Assembly: GCA_002170395.1 (NCBI GenBank)
Contig: NHEJ01000007.1
Location: 215,441 to 279,440, forward strand
Source of the DNA: Betaproteobacteria bacterium TMED82
GTDB lineage: Bacteria > Pseudomonadota > Gammaproteobacteria > Burkholderiales > Burkholderiaceae_A
Length of the DNA stretch: 64,000 bases
Reading direction: 5' to 3'
The notes under the pieces were generated by a model. The model saw only the letters and a program-made list of their open reading frames with translations, did not search any database and was not told where the DNA came from. The translations under genes and the position numbers were made by a program. Of the stretch, positions 17,854 through 27,266 are shown in pieces (positions within the stretch are counted from its first letter, which is position 1; each line of letters begins with the position of its first letter).

Positions 17854-20825
17854 ACATTAACAAAGACTTTAGTCCTACAGATATTGAAATGTACTGGTGT
17901 GAAAAATGGGAAAAACATAAGTTATATTCGTTAAGAAACCACGGTGATGCCTCGAAACACTCGTTTAGTATTCAGCTTCCGCCGCCGAATGTAACTGGAA
18001 CTCTACACATGGGCCATGCTTTCAACCAAACGATTATGGATACTCTTATTCGTTGGAATAGAATGAAACAGGCAAATACTCTATGGTTGCCGGGAACTGA
18101 TCATGCAGGAATTGCCACCCAGATGGTAGTTGAAAGACAATTAGCAAAAAATGGGGTTTCAAAAGAAAAGATTGGTAGGGAGAAATTTCTTGAAAAAGTT
18201 TGGGAATGGAAAAAAAGCTCAGGAGGTAAAATAACTCGGCAGATGAAGAGACTGGGGTCGAGTTGTGATTGGGATATTGCATATTTTACGATGGATTCCG
18301 TCCGGTCTGAGGTTGTAAAAAAAGTGTTTGTGAAGCTATATAATCAGGGACTAATTTATCGGGGAAAGAGGTTGGTAAATTGGGATACTTCATTGATGAC
18401 TGCTGTCTCTGATCTTGAGGTAACAACTGAGGACTCTAAAGGTTTTCTGTGGGAAATTAGATATCCTCTAAAAGAAGCTCAATTTGTAGAGAACGAATCT
18501 AAATATGTCGATTCACTTACCGTAGCAACTACGAGGCCTGAAACATTATTTGGTGATGTTGCAGTAGCTGTAAATCCCAGTGATGAGAGATACATGGCCT
18601 TAGTGGGAAAAATAGCTCTTCTACCGATAGTGGGTAGAGAGCTAAGAATCATTGCGGATGACTCTGTGGATCCAGCTTTTGGAACTGGTTGTGTAAAAAT
18701 TACCCCTGCGCATGACTTTAACGATTATGAGGTTGGTCAGAGACAAAATTTAGATAGTATAAATATATTTACTCTCGATGGAAGAGTGAATGGAAATGCT
18801 CCAAAAAAATATCAGGGACTCAATCGGTTTAAGGCTAGGGAATCGATTTTAGAGGATCTGAAAAAGTCAGGATTTCTTGAGTCGGAGAAACCTCATAACC
18901 TGGTGTTAAAAAAAGGCGACCGGTCTGGTTCCATCATTGAACCTTTATTAACTAACCAGTGGTTTGTAAATGTACATAAGCAACCACTTGATAAAAATTT
19001 GGAAAAATCAAGAACGTTGGCTGAACTGGGGTTATTTGCACTTGATTCAGGACAGATCAAATTTTTTCCTGAGAATTGGGAGTCAACATATAAAAATTGG
19101 CTTTTGGAAATTCAAGATTGGTGTATTTCTCGACAACTTTGGTGGGGACATCAAATTCCTGCTTGGTATCCTGTCGATGAAAATGGTAAGGCCATAAAAG
19201 GGAGTCAATTTTTTGTTGCCAATGATAAGTCTGAAGCAGAGAAAATGGCAAAAAAATCCGGCTTTGTTGGAGATTTAGTCCAGGAGGATGATGTTCTTGA
19301 TACTTGGTTCTCTTCTGCACTGATTCCTTTTTCAAGTATTGTTGATGAAAATAAGATTTGGGATGATTCTAAGGATGTGCCTAATATTAGAGCCGGCTTT
19401 AGTTCCTTCTTGCCCTCTAGTGTTTTGGTTACTGGTTTTGACATCATTTTTTTTTGGGTAGCTAGAATGGTAATGTTGACGAGCCATTTCTGCAACTCAG
19501 TTCCGTTTCGGCATATTTACATCCATGCTTTGGTTAGAGACAGTGATGGACAAAAAATGAGTAAGAGTAAAGGTAACACCCTAGACCCAATAGATATAAT
19601 TGACGGCATTGACTTGGAGTCGTTATTAAATAAGCGTTGTAGTGGTCTAATGAACCCTGATATGAGTTCTAAAATCGTCAGTAAGACTTCAAAGGAATAT
19701 CCAAAAGGAATTCAAGCTTTCGGTGCTGATGCACTGAGATTTACTTTTACTAGTTTAGCTAGTCCAGGAAGAAACATTAATTTTGATTTATCGCGCTGTG
19801 AGGGATACAAGAATTTTTGTAATAAATTATGGAATGCTTCAAGATTTGTTCTGATGCATTGTTTTGAAAAAGATAATGGTATTACTAAGTGCGCAGGTGA
19901 TTGTGGCCCTGATGGGGAGCTTTTTTTTTCAATAGCAGATAGATGGATATTATCAAGACAGCATCAACTTTCTGAACGACTTGATTTTCTTTTAGGAAGT
20001 TATAGGTTTGATTTAGCTTCTAAGGAAATATATGAGTTTATATGGAATGAATATTGCGATTGGTATTTAGAAATGAGCAAAGTTCAACTATTCAGCCAGC
20101 GCGATAATATAAAAAGAGCCACCAGGAGAACAATGCTAAAAGTATTAGAATTTGTTCTAAGAGCCTCTCATCCTTTTATTCCCTTCATTACGGAAGAGTT
20201 ATGGCAGAAAATTGCTCCTTTGGCTGGTATCAAAATGAACTTGAGTTCGAATTCAGTTCACTCCATCATGCTTTCAAAGTACCCTATTGGTGATGCTAAA
20301 AAGGTAGATTTAGTTGCAGTAGAGCAAGTAAATTTTTTAAAAAAATTGGTTTCAAGCATCAGAACGTTGAGATCGGAGATGGGCTTATCTCCAAGTGAAA
20401 GGCCATCTGTAATTTTGATACCATCTGTTGACCAAAGTTTAAATGATATATGCAAAATAGATTTTTCGAGACAGGAATACCTCAGCGATTTATTTTTCGA
20501 GACATTGAAAAATTTAGCTAAATTACAGAAAGTAGAAGTTCTAAATAATACGCCTGAAGAAATACTCACTTGCCCAACTCATTTTGTAGAAAAGGTTAAA
20601 GTGGTACTGCTAGTTAACATTGATAAAGAGAAAGAGAAAAGTAGATTACTGAAGAAAATAACGGAGGCAAAGGAAGAAATCTTTAAATGTAAAGCCAAAT
20701 TAAAGAAAGAAGATTTTTTGAAAAAAGCCCCCGAGGTTGTCGTTCAAAGAGAAAAAGATCGGCTTCAAAAATTTTCTGATCATTTAAAGAGTATTGAAAG
20801 TCAATACAAAAATTTAGGAGCTTAA
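17850..20825 (+). CDS. valS: Valine--tRNA ligase
   Basis: 991 aa. PPPNVTGTLHMGHA (HIGH), KMSKSKGN, the CP1 editing domain and a C-terminal coiled coil are present. Confidence 0.98.
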   Translation: MNINKDFSPTDIEMYWCEKWEKHKLYSLRNHGDASKHSFSIQLPPPNVTGTLHMGHAFNQTIMDTLIRWNRMKQANTLWLPGTDHAGIATQMVVERQLAKNGVSKEKIGREKFLEKVWEWKKSSGGKITRQMKRLGSSCDWDIAYFTMDSVRSEVVKKVFVKLYNQGLIYRGKRLVNWDTSLMTAVSDLEVTTEDSKGFLWEIRYPLKEAQFVENESKYVDSLTVATTRPETLFGDVAVAVNPSDERYMALVGKIALLPIVGRELRIIADDSVDPAFGTGCVKITPAHDFNDYEVGQRQNLDSINIFTLDGRVNGNAPKKYQGLNRFKARESILEDLKKSGFLESEKPHNLVLKKGDRSGSIIEPLLTNQWFVNVHKQPLDKNLEKSRTLAELGLFALDSGQIKFFPENWESTYKNWLLEIQDWCISRQLWWGHQIPAWYPVDENGKAIKGSQFFVANDKSEAEKMAKKSGFVGDLVQEDDVLDTWFSSALIPFSSIVDENKIWDDSKDVPNIRAGFSSFLPSSVLVTGFDIIFFWVARMVMLTSHFCNSVPFRHIYIHALVRDSDGQKMSKSKGNTLDPIDIIDGIDLESLLNKRCSGLMNPDMSSKIVSKTSKEYPKGIQAFGADALRFTFTSLASPGRNINFDLSRCEGYKNFCNKLWNASRFVLMHCFEKDNGITKCAGDCGPDGELFFSIADRWILSRQHQLSERLDFLLGSYRFDLASKEIYEFIWNEYCDWYLEMSKVQLFSQRDNIKRATRRTMLKVLEFVLRASHPFIPFITEELWQKIAPLAGIKMNLSSNSVHSIMLSKYPIGDAKKVDLVAVEQVNFLKKLVSSIRTLRSEMGLSPSERPSVILIPSVDQSLNDICKIDFSRQEYLSDLFFETLKNLAKLQKVEVLNNTPEEILTCPTHFVEKVKVVLLVNIDKEKEKSRLLKKITEAKEEIFKCKAKLKKEDFLKKAPEVVVQREKDRLQKFSDHLKSIESQYKNLGA

Positions 20826-23800
20826 AAATTTCTTCAGATACTTTCCAGTATGAGATTTTTTTGAACTTATATTTTTTGGTGTATTTTGATTGATGACATG
20901 GCCCCCGTTTGAACCTCCCTCTGGTCCTAAATCTATAATCCAGTCGGCCGCAGCCCAAAACTCTAAATTATGTTCTATAACAATTACGGTATTCCCGGTA
21001 CTAACTAATTTTTTTATAGTGATCAGAAGATTTTCCACATCTGCCATATGTAATCCAATAGTTGGTTCATCTAGAATAAATAAAGTTTTCGTATGATTAT
21101 TATCTTTTTTAAGCTCCGATATCAGTTTTATCCTCTGTGATTCACCCCCCGAGAGAGTTGCACTCGTTTGGCCGAGAGTCAAGTAGCCTAAACCTAATTC
21201 AGTCAAGAGTTCAATGGGTCGCTTGATTAAAGAATGATTTTTAAAAAAAATTCTGGCTTCAGCGAAACTCATATTTAGAACATCTGAAATGCTTTTTCCA
21301 TTCCATACAATATTACGGGTTTGATAGTCGAACCTCAATCCATTACAAGCATCACATTTTATGGAAACATTTGGTAGAAAGTTCATTTGAATTTTTTCAA
21401 TTCCGTAACCTTTACAAATCTTACATCTTCCTTCACCAGAATTAAACGAAAAGTGACCGCTAGTCCAACCTTTTTCTTTAGCTTCATTTGTTTCAGAAAA
21501 AAGTTTTCTAATGCTATCCCAAATACCGATATATGTAGCAGGAGTTGATCTGGGAGTTTTTCCTATAGGGCTTTGATCTACTTCCAAAACTCTATCAAAT
21601 TTGTCCCACCCAATCACTTCCTTACAACCAATGAATAAGGTGCTTGAGGAACTATTTTTCTTTGTTTTCCTTATATGTATTTTCTGTATAAAATTCTTAT
21701 ATAGTATATCTCTTATAAGAGTGGACTTCCCACTTCCTGAAACACCTGTAACTACAGTTAAGGCTTTGGTAGGAATTTTTACATTGACTGACTTCAGGTT
21801 ATTCAAATTTGCTTTTATGATCTCTATAAAATTATCCTCGGAAAAGTAAAACTCTTCTGAGTTTAGCTTCTGTTTGTTTGGCTTATTAAGATAAATTCCA
21901 GTTATGGATTCTTTTGATTGTTTTAGGGAAGATAATTTTCCTTGAAAAACAATTTCCCCTCCAAATTTTCCTGCTGCTGGACCGATATCAATTAAATGAT
22001 CTGCAGCTGTAATTGCCGACTCATCATGTTCAACCATCACGATAGTGTTGCCTTTATCCTTTAGCTTTTTCAGAACATCAAGAAGTAAAAAGTTGTCTTT
22101 TGGATGCAGTCCTATGGTAGGTTCATCTAAAACATAACAAACTCCCCTAAGATTTGAGCCCAATTGAGATGCGAGACGTATTCTCTGTGCTTCTCCTCCT
22201 GATAATGATGGAGCTGATCTATTTAAGCTTAAATAACCCAAACCAACATTAATTAAAAATGTGATGCGACTCATAAGTTCCTCTATTAAATCCTTGGCTA
22301 TGGGATAGTGTTTGGGAGAAATTTCATTAAGGTAATTATTGAGCCATAAAGCCAGAGCGTCGACAGGTAAATTTGCTAATTGAGTAATCGTTGACTCCTT
22401 GAGATACACTGAATTCGCAATTTCATTAAGTCTGTTACCGTTGCATAAAATACATTCGGTGTTGGCTGCGTCAAAACTATTATTACTCAGACTCTGTTGT
22501 TTGGTGTATTCCTCAAAATCTAAAATGTCAGGCTCTGAATTAATTTCTCTTAATCCATCTGGAGACAAGCCGGTGCCTAAACACCCTTTGCACCAGCCAA
22601 CTTTGGAGTTATAAGAAAAATTTCTCGGTTCTAATTCTTTAAACCCAACGCCGCAACTGGGACATGATCGATAAACCGAAAAAAGTGCAGTTTTGTGTTG
22701 ACTCTTAGAGGATCGCACTTGTTTCTTGTTTGCCAACTCAATTAAAATATGGCCTTTACCTAAATTAATTGCCTCGTTTATCTTCTGGCTTAGTTGCTCT
22801 TTATTCTTACTGATGTGGAGTTCGTCAATCAGTAATTCGATGCAGTGTTCTTTATATCGATCCAAATTTGGAAATTTGTTAACTTCATAGAGAATATCAT
22901 TCACTTTGAGGTATTTGAATTTTCTGGAAGATGCCCATTTTGCCAATTCTTTGTAGGTACCCTTTCGTCTAATTACTAGCGGGACAAAAATTTGTATTTT
23001 TTTTCCATGAAATTTTCTAAAAATTTCGTCTATGATTATTTCTTTTTGTTTAGGTTCAACTGAAATATTACATTTCGGGCACTTTTGATTACCAAGTTTT
23101 AAGAAAAGTAGCCGTAGAAAGTGGTGTATTTCAGTAAGTGTACCAACAGTACTTTTAATTCCACCTCTACTCACTCTTTGCTCAATTGCAACAGTGGGAG
23201 GTATACCACTAATAAGATCTACGTCAGGTTTTGCGGCAGGCTGTAAAAACTGCCTAGCATAAGCATTAAGTGATTCAAGATACCTCCTTTGTCCTTCAGA
23301 AAAAATTATGTCAAAGGCTAAGCTTGATTTACCGCTACCAGAAACTCCGGTAATGACGGTAAGCTCATTCTGTGGTATTCGAGCAGAAATGTTCTTTAAA
23401 TTATTTTCGCGAGCATTTATGATCTCGATACTTACATCAGCATTAGTAGCTATATTGGTGGACATTTTGTTTTGATAGTTATCAGAGGAAAAAGGTTTTA
23501 GATTTTTTAGAGCTAGACCGGTATGAGTTTCTGTTTTGGCTATTTGTTTAGGTGATCCTGCCGCTACAACGCTACCTCCATTTTTTCCGGCCTCCGGACC
23601 AAGCTCAATTATCCAATCGGACTGTTGAATAAACTCTACAGAGTGTTCCACCACGATAATCGTATGTCCTTGTTCTTGAAGAGAACGTAATGCTGAAATT
23701 AAAATCTGAATGTCTGCGAGATGCAGCCCTGTGGTTGGTTCATCAAAAATGAATAAAGATTTATAATTTAACTTATTGGTTTTATAACGTTGCTTACGTT

Positions 23801-26276
23801 TACTTAGAAATCCTGCGATTTTCAACCTCTGAAGTTCACCACCGGATAATGTATTAATCGGTTGGCCAAGTTTAATATAGGCCAATCCAACAGAAACCAT
23901 AATTTCTAATTTATGCCTAATCAATTCCTCAGATAAGAAAAATTGTAAGGCTTGATTAACAGTTAATGCCAAGACATCAGAGATTGATAGATTTTTGTAA
24001 TGGATCTTAAGAATTTCAGGTTTATATCTAGTTCCTTTGCATGATTCACACTCTATGAAGATATCAGATAAGAATTGCATTTCTATCTTCTCGTAGCCGC
24101 TTCCTTGACAGGTGGGACATCTGCCATTCCCAGAATTAAAACTATAGTGAGAGGAAGAATAACCTTTCCTTTTCGACTCTTGACTCTGTGCAAAAATTTT
24201 TCTGATAACATCAAATGCACCAATGTAGAGAACTGGATTAGATCTTGACGTTTTTCCTGGGGGTGTTTGATCAATCAAAATAACTTCAGAGAAATTTTTT
24301 GCCCCATAAATTTGTTTTACAACGTTACTAGAGTTATCTGTACCACTTAATTCATCATTCACACATGCAAAGATAGTCTCAGCGAGAGTAGACTTACCGC
24401 TTCCCGATACACCGGTAAAACATGTTATATGATTCAATGGAACTTCAAGTTTGACGTTCTGCAGATTGTTTTTAGAAATTCCTTCAAATTTTAACCAATC
24501 TTTTTTGACTAAATTAGTTTTGTTTTCACTTAAATTTCTTCTGTAGTCTTTTGATAGATACTTCCCTGATATCGTGTCAGATTTTAGAAGGGACTGGAAA
24601 TTTCCCTTAAAACAAATTTTACCTCCTAACTCTCCTGGCCCTGGTCCTATTTCAAAAATCTGATCAGCGATAGATATTACTTTGGGGTCGTGTTCGACAA
24701 TTAGTACAGTGTTACCTGATGACTTTAGTTTTTCTATAATTTTTAAAAGGTTACTTATATCTCTAGAGTGTAATCCAATAGATGGCTCGTCAAGGATAAA
24801 CAGAGTATTGGTTAGGGAGGATCCCAAGGCTGTTGTTAAGTTTATTCTTTGAATTTCCCCTCCCGACAGAGTTTTAGATTGTCTGTCTAGTGTTAAGTAC
24901 CCTAACCCGACCTCTTTACAATATGTAAGTCTTGTATTGATTTCCTTGGTAATTACGTCAATAGCATTTTGTTTTCCGAAACTTATATCCTTAAAGTAAT
25001 CTATGCTCTCCAAGCGTTGTATTTCTTGCAATGCGTCATCTACTGATAAACAGAGCCATTCATCTATGCTTTTTCCAGATATTTTCCAATCTAGTGCTTC
25101 TTCCTTTAATCTACTTCCGTCGCATCTTGGACATATATCATAAGACCTATACCTTGAGAGGAATACCCGAATATGCATTTTGTAGGCTTTTTTTTCTAAT
25201 TTTGAAAAAAAACGATTTACTCCATACCATTCCTTAGACCATTTGCCACTCCAGTCCTCATCTCCCTCAAAGACCCAATTTTGATCAATTTTTGTAAGTT
25301 TATTCCAAGCAAGGTCAAGTTGAACACCTCTTCTTTTTGAATGTCTGATTAAGTCGTCGTGACAACTAAGGTAAGCAGACGATTGAAATGGTTTTATAGC
25401 CCCTTCCTCTAAACTTAGGTTTCCATTGGGAATAACCAAACTTCTACTTAATCCAATTACTCTTCCAAAACCCTTACATAATTCACATGCTCCAATAGGG
25501 GAATTAAATGAAAAAAGAGCAGGACGAGGTTCTTTGAATTCTATTTTGCAATTTGAACAGGTGAAATTGGTAGAAAATTTTTTTATGATTTTCTTTTCTT
25601 CAACATTCGCTATTTCAAAATAGCCCTTACCGGCTTTATTAGCATTTCTGACAGCCTCTATGATTCTATCAATTGGTATTTGTTTACTAACCTTGAACCT
25701 ATCCGTTATTACTTGGATTTGATCAGCACCTAACTTAAAAAATTTTGTATAGCCTTGCATAGAGAGCCAATCTTCTATTTCAGAAGTCGCAAGGGTGTGA
25801 GTTTGAAGGGTAAAAGTTATTCCTATTTTCTCTCCCTCCATTTGTTTTATCAATTTTGCAACTTTATTTAAATCGTCTCTCTTCACTGAGTTGCCACATT
25901 TATAGCAGATTAGTTCGGAGACTCTTGAGAATAGTAATTTGAAATAGTCAGAAAGCTCTGTCATTGTACCTACTGTCGACCTTGCTGTTTTGACAGGGTT
26001 TGTCTGCTCAATAGCCACGGTCGGCAAGATACCCTCGATACTCTCTACATTTGGTTTGTTTAGTCGATCTAAAAACTGCCTTGCGTATGACGAAAATGTT
26101 TCAATATATCTTCTTTGTCCCTCTGCATTTATGACATCAAAAACCAAACTGCTCTTACCGGAGCCAGATAAACCTGTGACCACTGAAATTTTATTTAAGG
26201 GGATTTCTATGGAAATATTTTTAAGGTTATTTTGTTGAGCATTCTTTACCTTTATATAAGCTGACTTTTTTTTCAT
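20814..26276 (-). CDS. Tandemly duplicated UvrA-like ABC ATPase (two complete UvrA units in one 1820-aa chain)
   Basis: Four Walker A motifs (GLSGSGKSS, GVSGSGKST, GVSGSGKSS, GVSGSGKST), four signatures (LSGGE[IQ/LQ/AQ/SQ]R) and four Walker B/D-loops (DEP[ST]xGLH) are present. UvrA zinc-module CxxC pairs occur in both halves. The second unit starts near aa 938 (nt 23465). There is no stop or frameshift between the units. Confidence 0.9.
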   Translation of the reverse strand: MKKKSAYIKVKNAQQNNLKNISIEIPLNKISVVTGLSGSGKSSLVFDVINAEGQRRYIETFSSYARQFLDRLNKPNVESIEGILPTVAIEQTNPVKTARSTVGTMTELSDYFKLLFSRVSELICYKCGNSVKRDDLNKVAKLIKQMEGEKIGITFTLQTHTLATSEIEDWLSMQGYTKFFKLGADQIQVITDRFKVSKQIPIDRIIEAVRNANKAGKGYFEIANVEEKKIIKKFSTNFTCSNCKIEFKEPRPALFSFNSPIGACELCKGFGRVIGLSRSLVIPNGNLSLEEGAIKPFQSSAYLSCHDDLIRHSKRRGVQLDLAWNKLTKIDQNWVFEGDEDWSGKWSKEWYGVNRFFSKLEKKAYKMHIRVFLSRYRSYDICPRCDGSRLKEEALDWKISGKSIDEWLCLSVDDALQEIQRLESIDYFKDISFGKQNAIDVITKEINTRLTYCKEVGLGYLTLDRQSKTLSGGEIQRINLTTALGSSLTNTLFILDEPSIGLHSRDISNLLKIIEKLKSSGNTVLIVEHDPKVISIADQIFEIGPGPGELGGKICFKGNFQSLLKSDTISGKYLSKDYRRNLSENKTNLVKKDWLKFEGISKNNLQNVKLEVPLNHITCFTGVSGSGKSTLAETIFACVNDELSGTDNSSNVVKQIYGAKNFSEVILIDQTPPGKTSRSNPVLYIGAFDVIRKIFAQSQESKRKGYSSSHYSFNSGNGRCPTCQGSGYEKIEMQFLSDIFIECESCKGTRYKPEILKIHYKNLSISDVLALTVNQALQFFLSEELIRHKLEIMVSVGLAYIKLGQPINTLSGGELQRLKIAGFLSKRKQRYKTNKLNYKSLFIFDEPTTGLHLADIQILISALRSLQEQGHTIIVVEHSVEFIQQSDWIIELGPEAGKNGGSVVAAGSPKQIAKTETHTGLALKNLKPFSSDNYQNKMSTNIATNADVSIEIINARENNLKNISARIPQNELTVITGVSGSGKSSLAFDIIFSEGQRRYLESLNAYARQFLQPAAKPDVDLISGIPPTVAIEQRVSRGGIKSTVGTLTEIHHFLRLLFLKLGNQKCPKCNISVEPKQKEIIIDEIFRKFHGKKIQIFVPLVIRRKGTYKELAKWASSRKFKYLKVNDILYEVNKFPNLDRYKEHCIELLIDELHISKNKEQLSQKINEAINLGKGHILIELANKKQVRSSKSQHKTALFSVYRSCPSCGVGFKELEPRNFSYNSKVGWCKGCLGTGLSPDGLREINSEPDILDFEEYTKQQSLSNNSFDAANTECILCNGNRLNEIANSVYLKESTITQLANLPVDALALWLNNYLNEISPKHYPIAKDLIEELMSRITFLINVGLGYLSLNRSAPSLSGGEAQRIRLASQLGSNLRGVCYVLDEPTIGLHPKDNFLLLDVLKKLKDKGNTIVMVEHDESAITAADHLIDIGPAAGKFGGEIVFQGKLSSLKQSKESITGIYLNKPNKQKLNSEEFYFSEDNFIEIIKANLNNLKSVNVKIPTKALTVVTGVSGSGKSTLIRDILYKNFIQKIHIRKTKKNSSSSTLFIGCKEVIGWDKFDRVLEVDQSPIGKTPRSTPATYIGIWDSIRKLFSETNEAKEKGWTSGHFSFNSGEGRCKICKGYGIEKIQMNFLPNVSIKCDACNGLRFDYQTRNIVWNGKSISDVLNMSFAEARIFFKNHSLIKRPIELLTELGLGYLTLGQTSATLSGGESQRIKLISELKKDNNHTKTLFILDEPTIGLHMADVENLLITIKKLVSTGNTVIVIEHNLEFWAAADWIIDLGPEGGSNGGHVINQNTPKNISSKKSHTGKYLKKFLSS

Positions 26277-27257
26277 TTAATCTAAATTAATAACAAGTTT
26301 CCCACAGTGTATAGATGATTCCATTAACTCGTGCGCTTCGTTGATTTGTTTGAAAGAAAACTCTTTAAATATATAAGGTTTTATTCTCCCTCTTTCTATT
26401 TCCGGCCAAATATATTTTTTGAGTAGCTGTATGATCCTATGTTTGTCGGAAAAACTTCTCGCACGAATCGTTGACCCAGTTATGGTCAATCTTTTTAGCA
26501 AAAGAGGAATAAAGTTAACCTCATTTCTGAATCCTTTAATGAAAGCAATTTGAACTAATGTTCCTCCAATTGTTAGACACTTTAAATTTAAATTGGTGTA
26601 GTCTCCGCCAACCATATCAAGAATAACGTCTACCCCATGACCGTATGTTTGATCCATAATAAAATCATGGAAATTTATTTCTGGGTACAAAATTGCTTTA
26701 TCCGCTCCAATTTTTTTACAAAATTCAGCTTTTTTCTTATTACGGACTGTAGTGTAAACAAAACTTCCTTTCCATTTTGCTAATTGTATTGCAGCCATCC
26801 CAACTCCGCTGCTTCCGCCATGAATTAAAACAGATGAACCTGTTTTTAGTTTACCAAGTTCGATTAAATTTGCCCATGCGGTAACAAATACCTCAGGTAA
26901 ACAGGCTGCCTGAGGAAAAGTTAAATTAACGGGCATTTTTATACAGTGAGCGGCTGGAACTACAACTTTTTCCGCATAACCACCGCCAGGAGCTAATCCA
27001 CAAACTTTATCTCCGACATTTAAAAAATGAACATTTTCACCAATTTCTTCTATTACTCCGCTCACCTCTAAACCTAGAATGGGCGAACTCCCTGGGGGTC
27101 GAGCATACTTACCTTTTTTTTGCAAAATATCAGGGCGATTTATGCCGATCGACTTTACCCTGATTAAAACATCTTCAAGTGCAACTATGGGTGAATGAAC
27201 ATCTATTATTTCTAATTTATTAGTTTTTTTATTAGGTGTCTCTAGAACTGCTTTCAT
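26277..27257 (-). CDS. qor: NADPH:quinone oxidoreductase (MDR/zeta-crystallin family)
   Basis: 326 aa. It has the GINRPD, PGLEVSG-type and GGSSGVG nucleotide-binding patterns of the Qor family. Its TAA stop abuts the ATG of the UvrA-like gene. Confidence 0.85.
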   Translation of the reverse strand: MKAVLETPNKKTNKLEIIDVHSPIVALEDVLIRVKSIGINRPDILQKKGKYARPPGSSPILGLEVSGVIEEIGENVHFLNVGDKVCGLAPGGGYAEKVVVPAAHCIKMPVNLTFPQAACLPEVFVTAWANLIELGKLKTGSSVLIHGGSSGVGMAAIQLAKWKGSFVYTTVRNKKKAEFCKKIGADKAILYPEINFHDFIMDQTYGHGVDVILDMVGGDYTNLNLKCLTIGGTLVQIAFIKGFRNEVNFIPLLLKRLTITGSTIRARSFSDKHRIIQLLKKYIWPEIERGRIKPYIFKEFSFKQINEAHELMESSIHCGKLVINLD

Positions 27258-27266
27258 GTTGAAAAA

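Noticed and set aside
23463-23465. The internal Met (aa 938) as the start of a separate second uvrA gene.
   Set aside because: The frame is continuous with no stop between the halves, and there is no Shine-Dalgarno-like sequence in front of this ATG. An internal initiation product cannot be excluded, but the simplest reading is one fused ORF.
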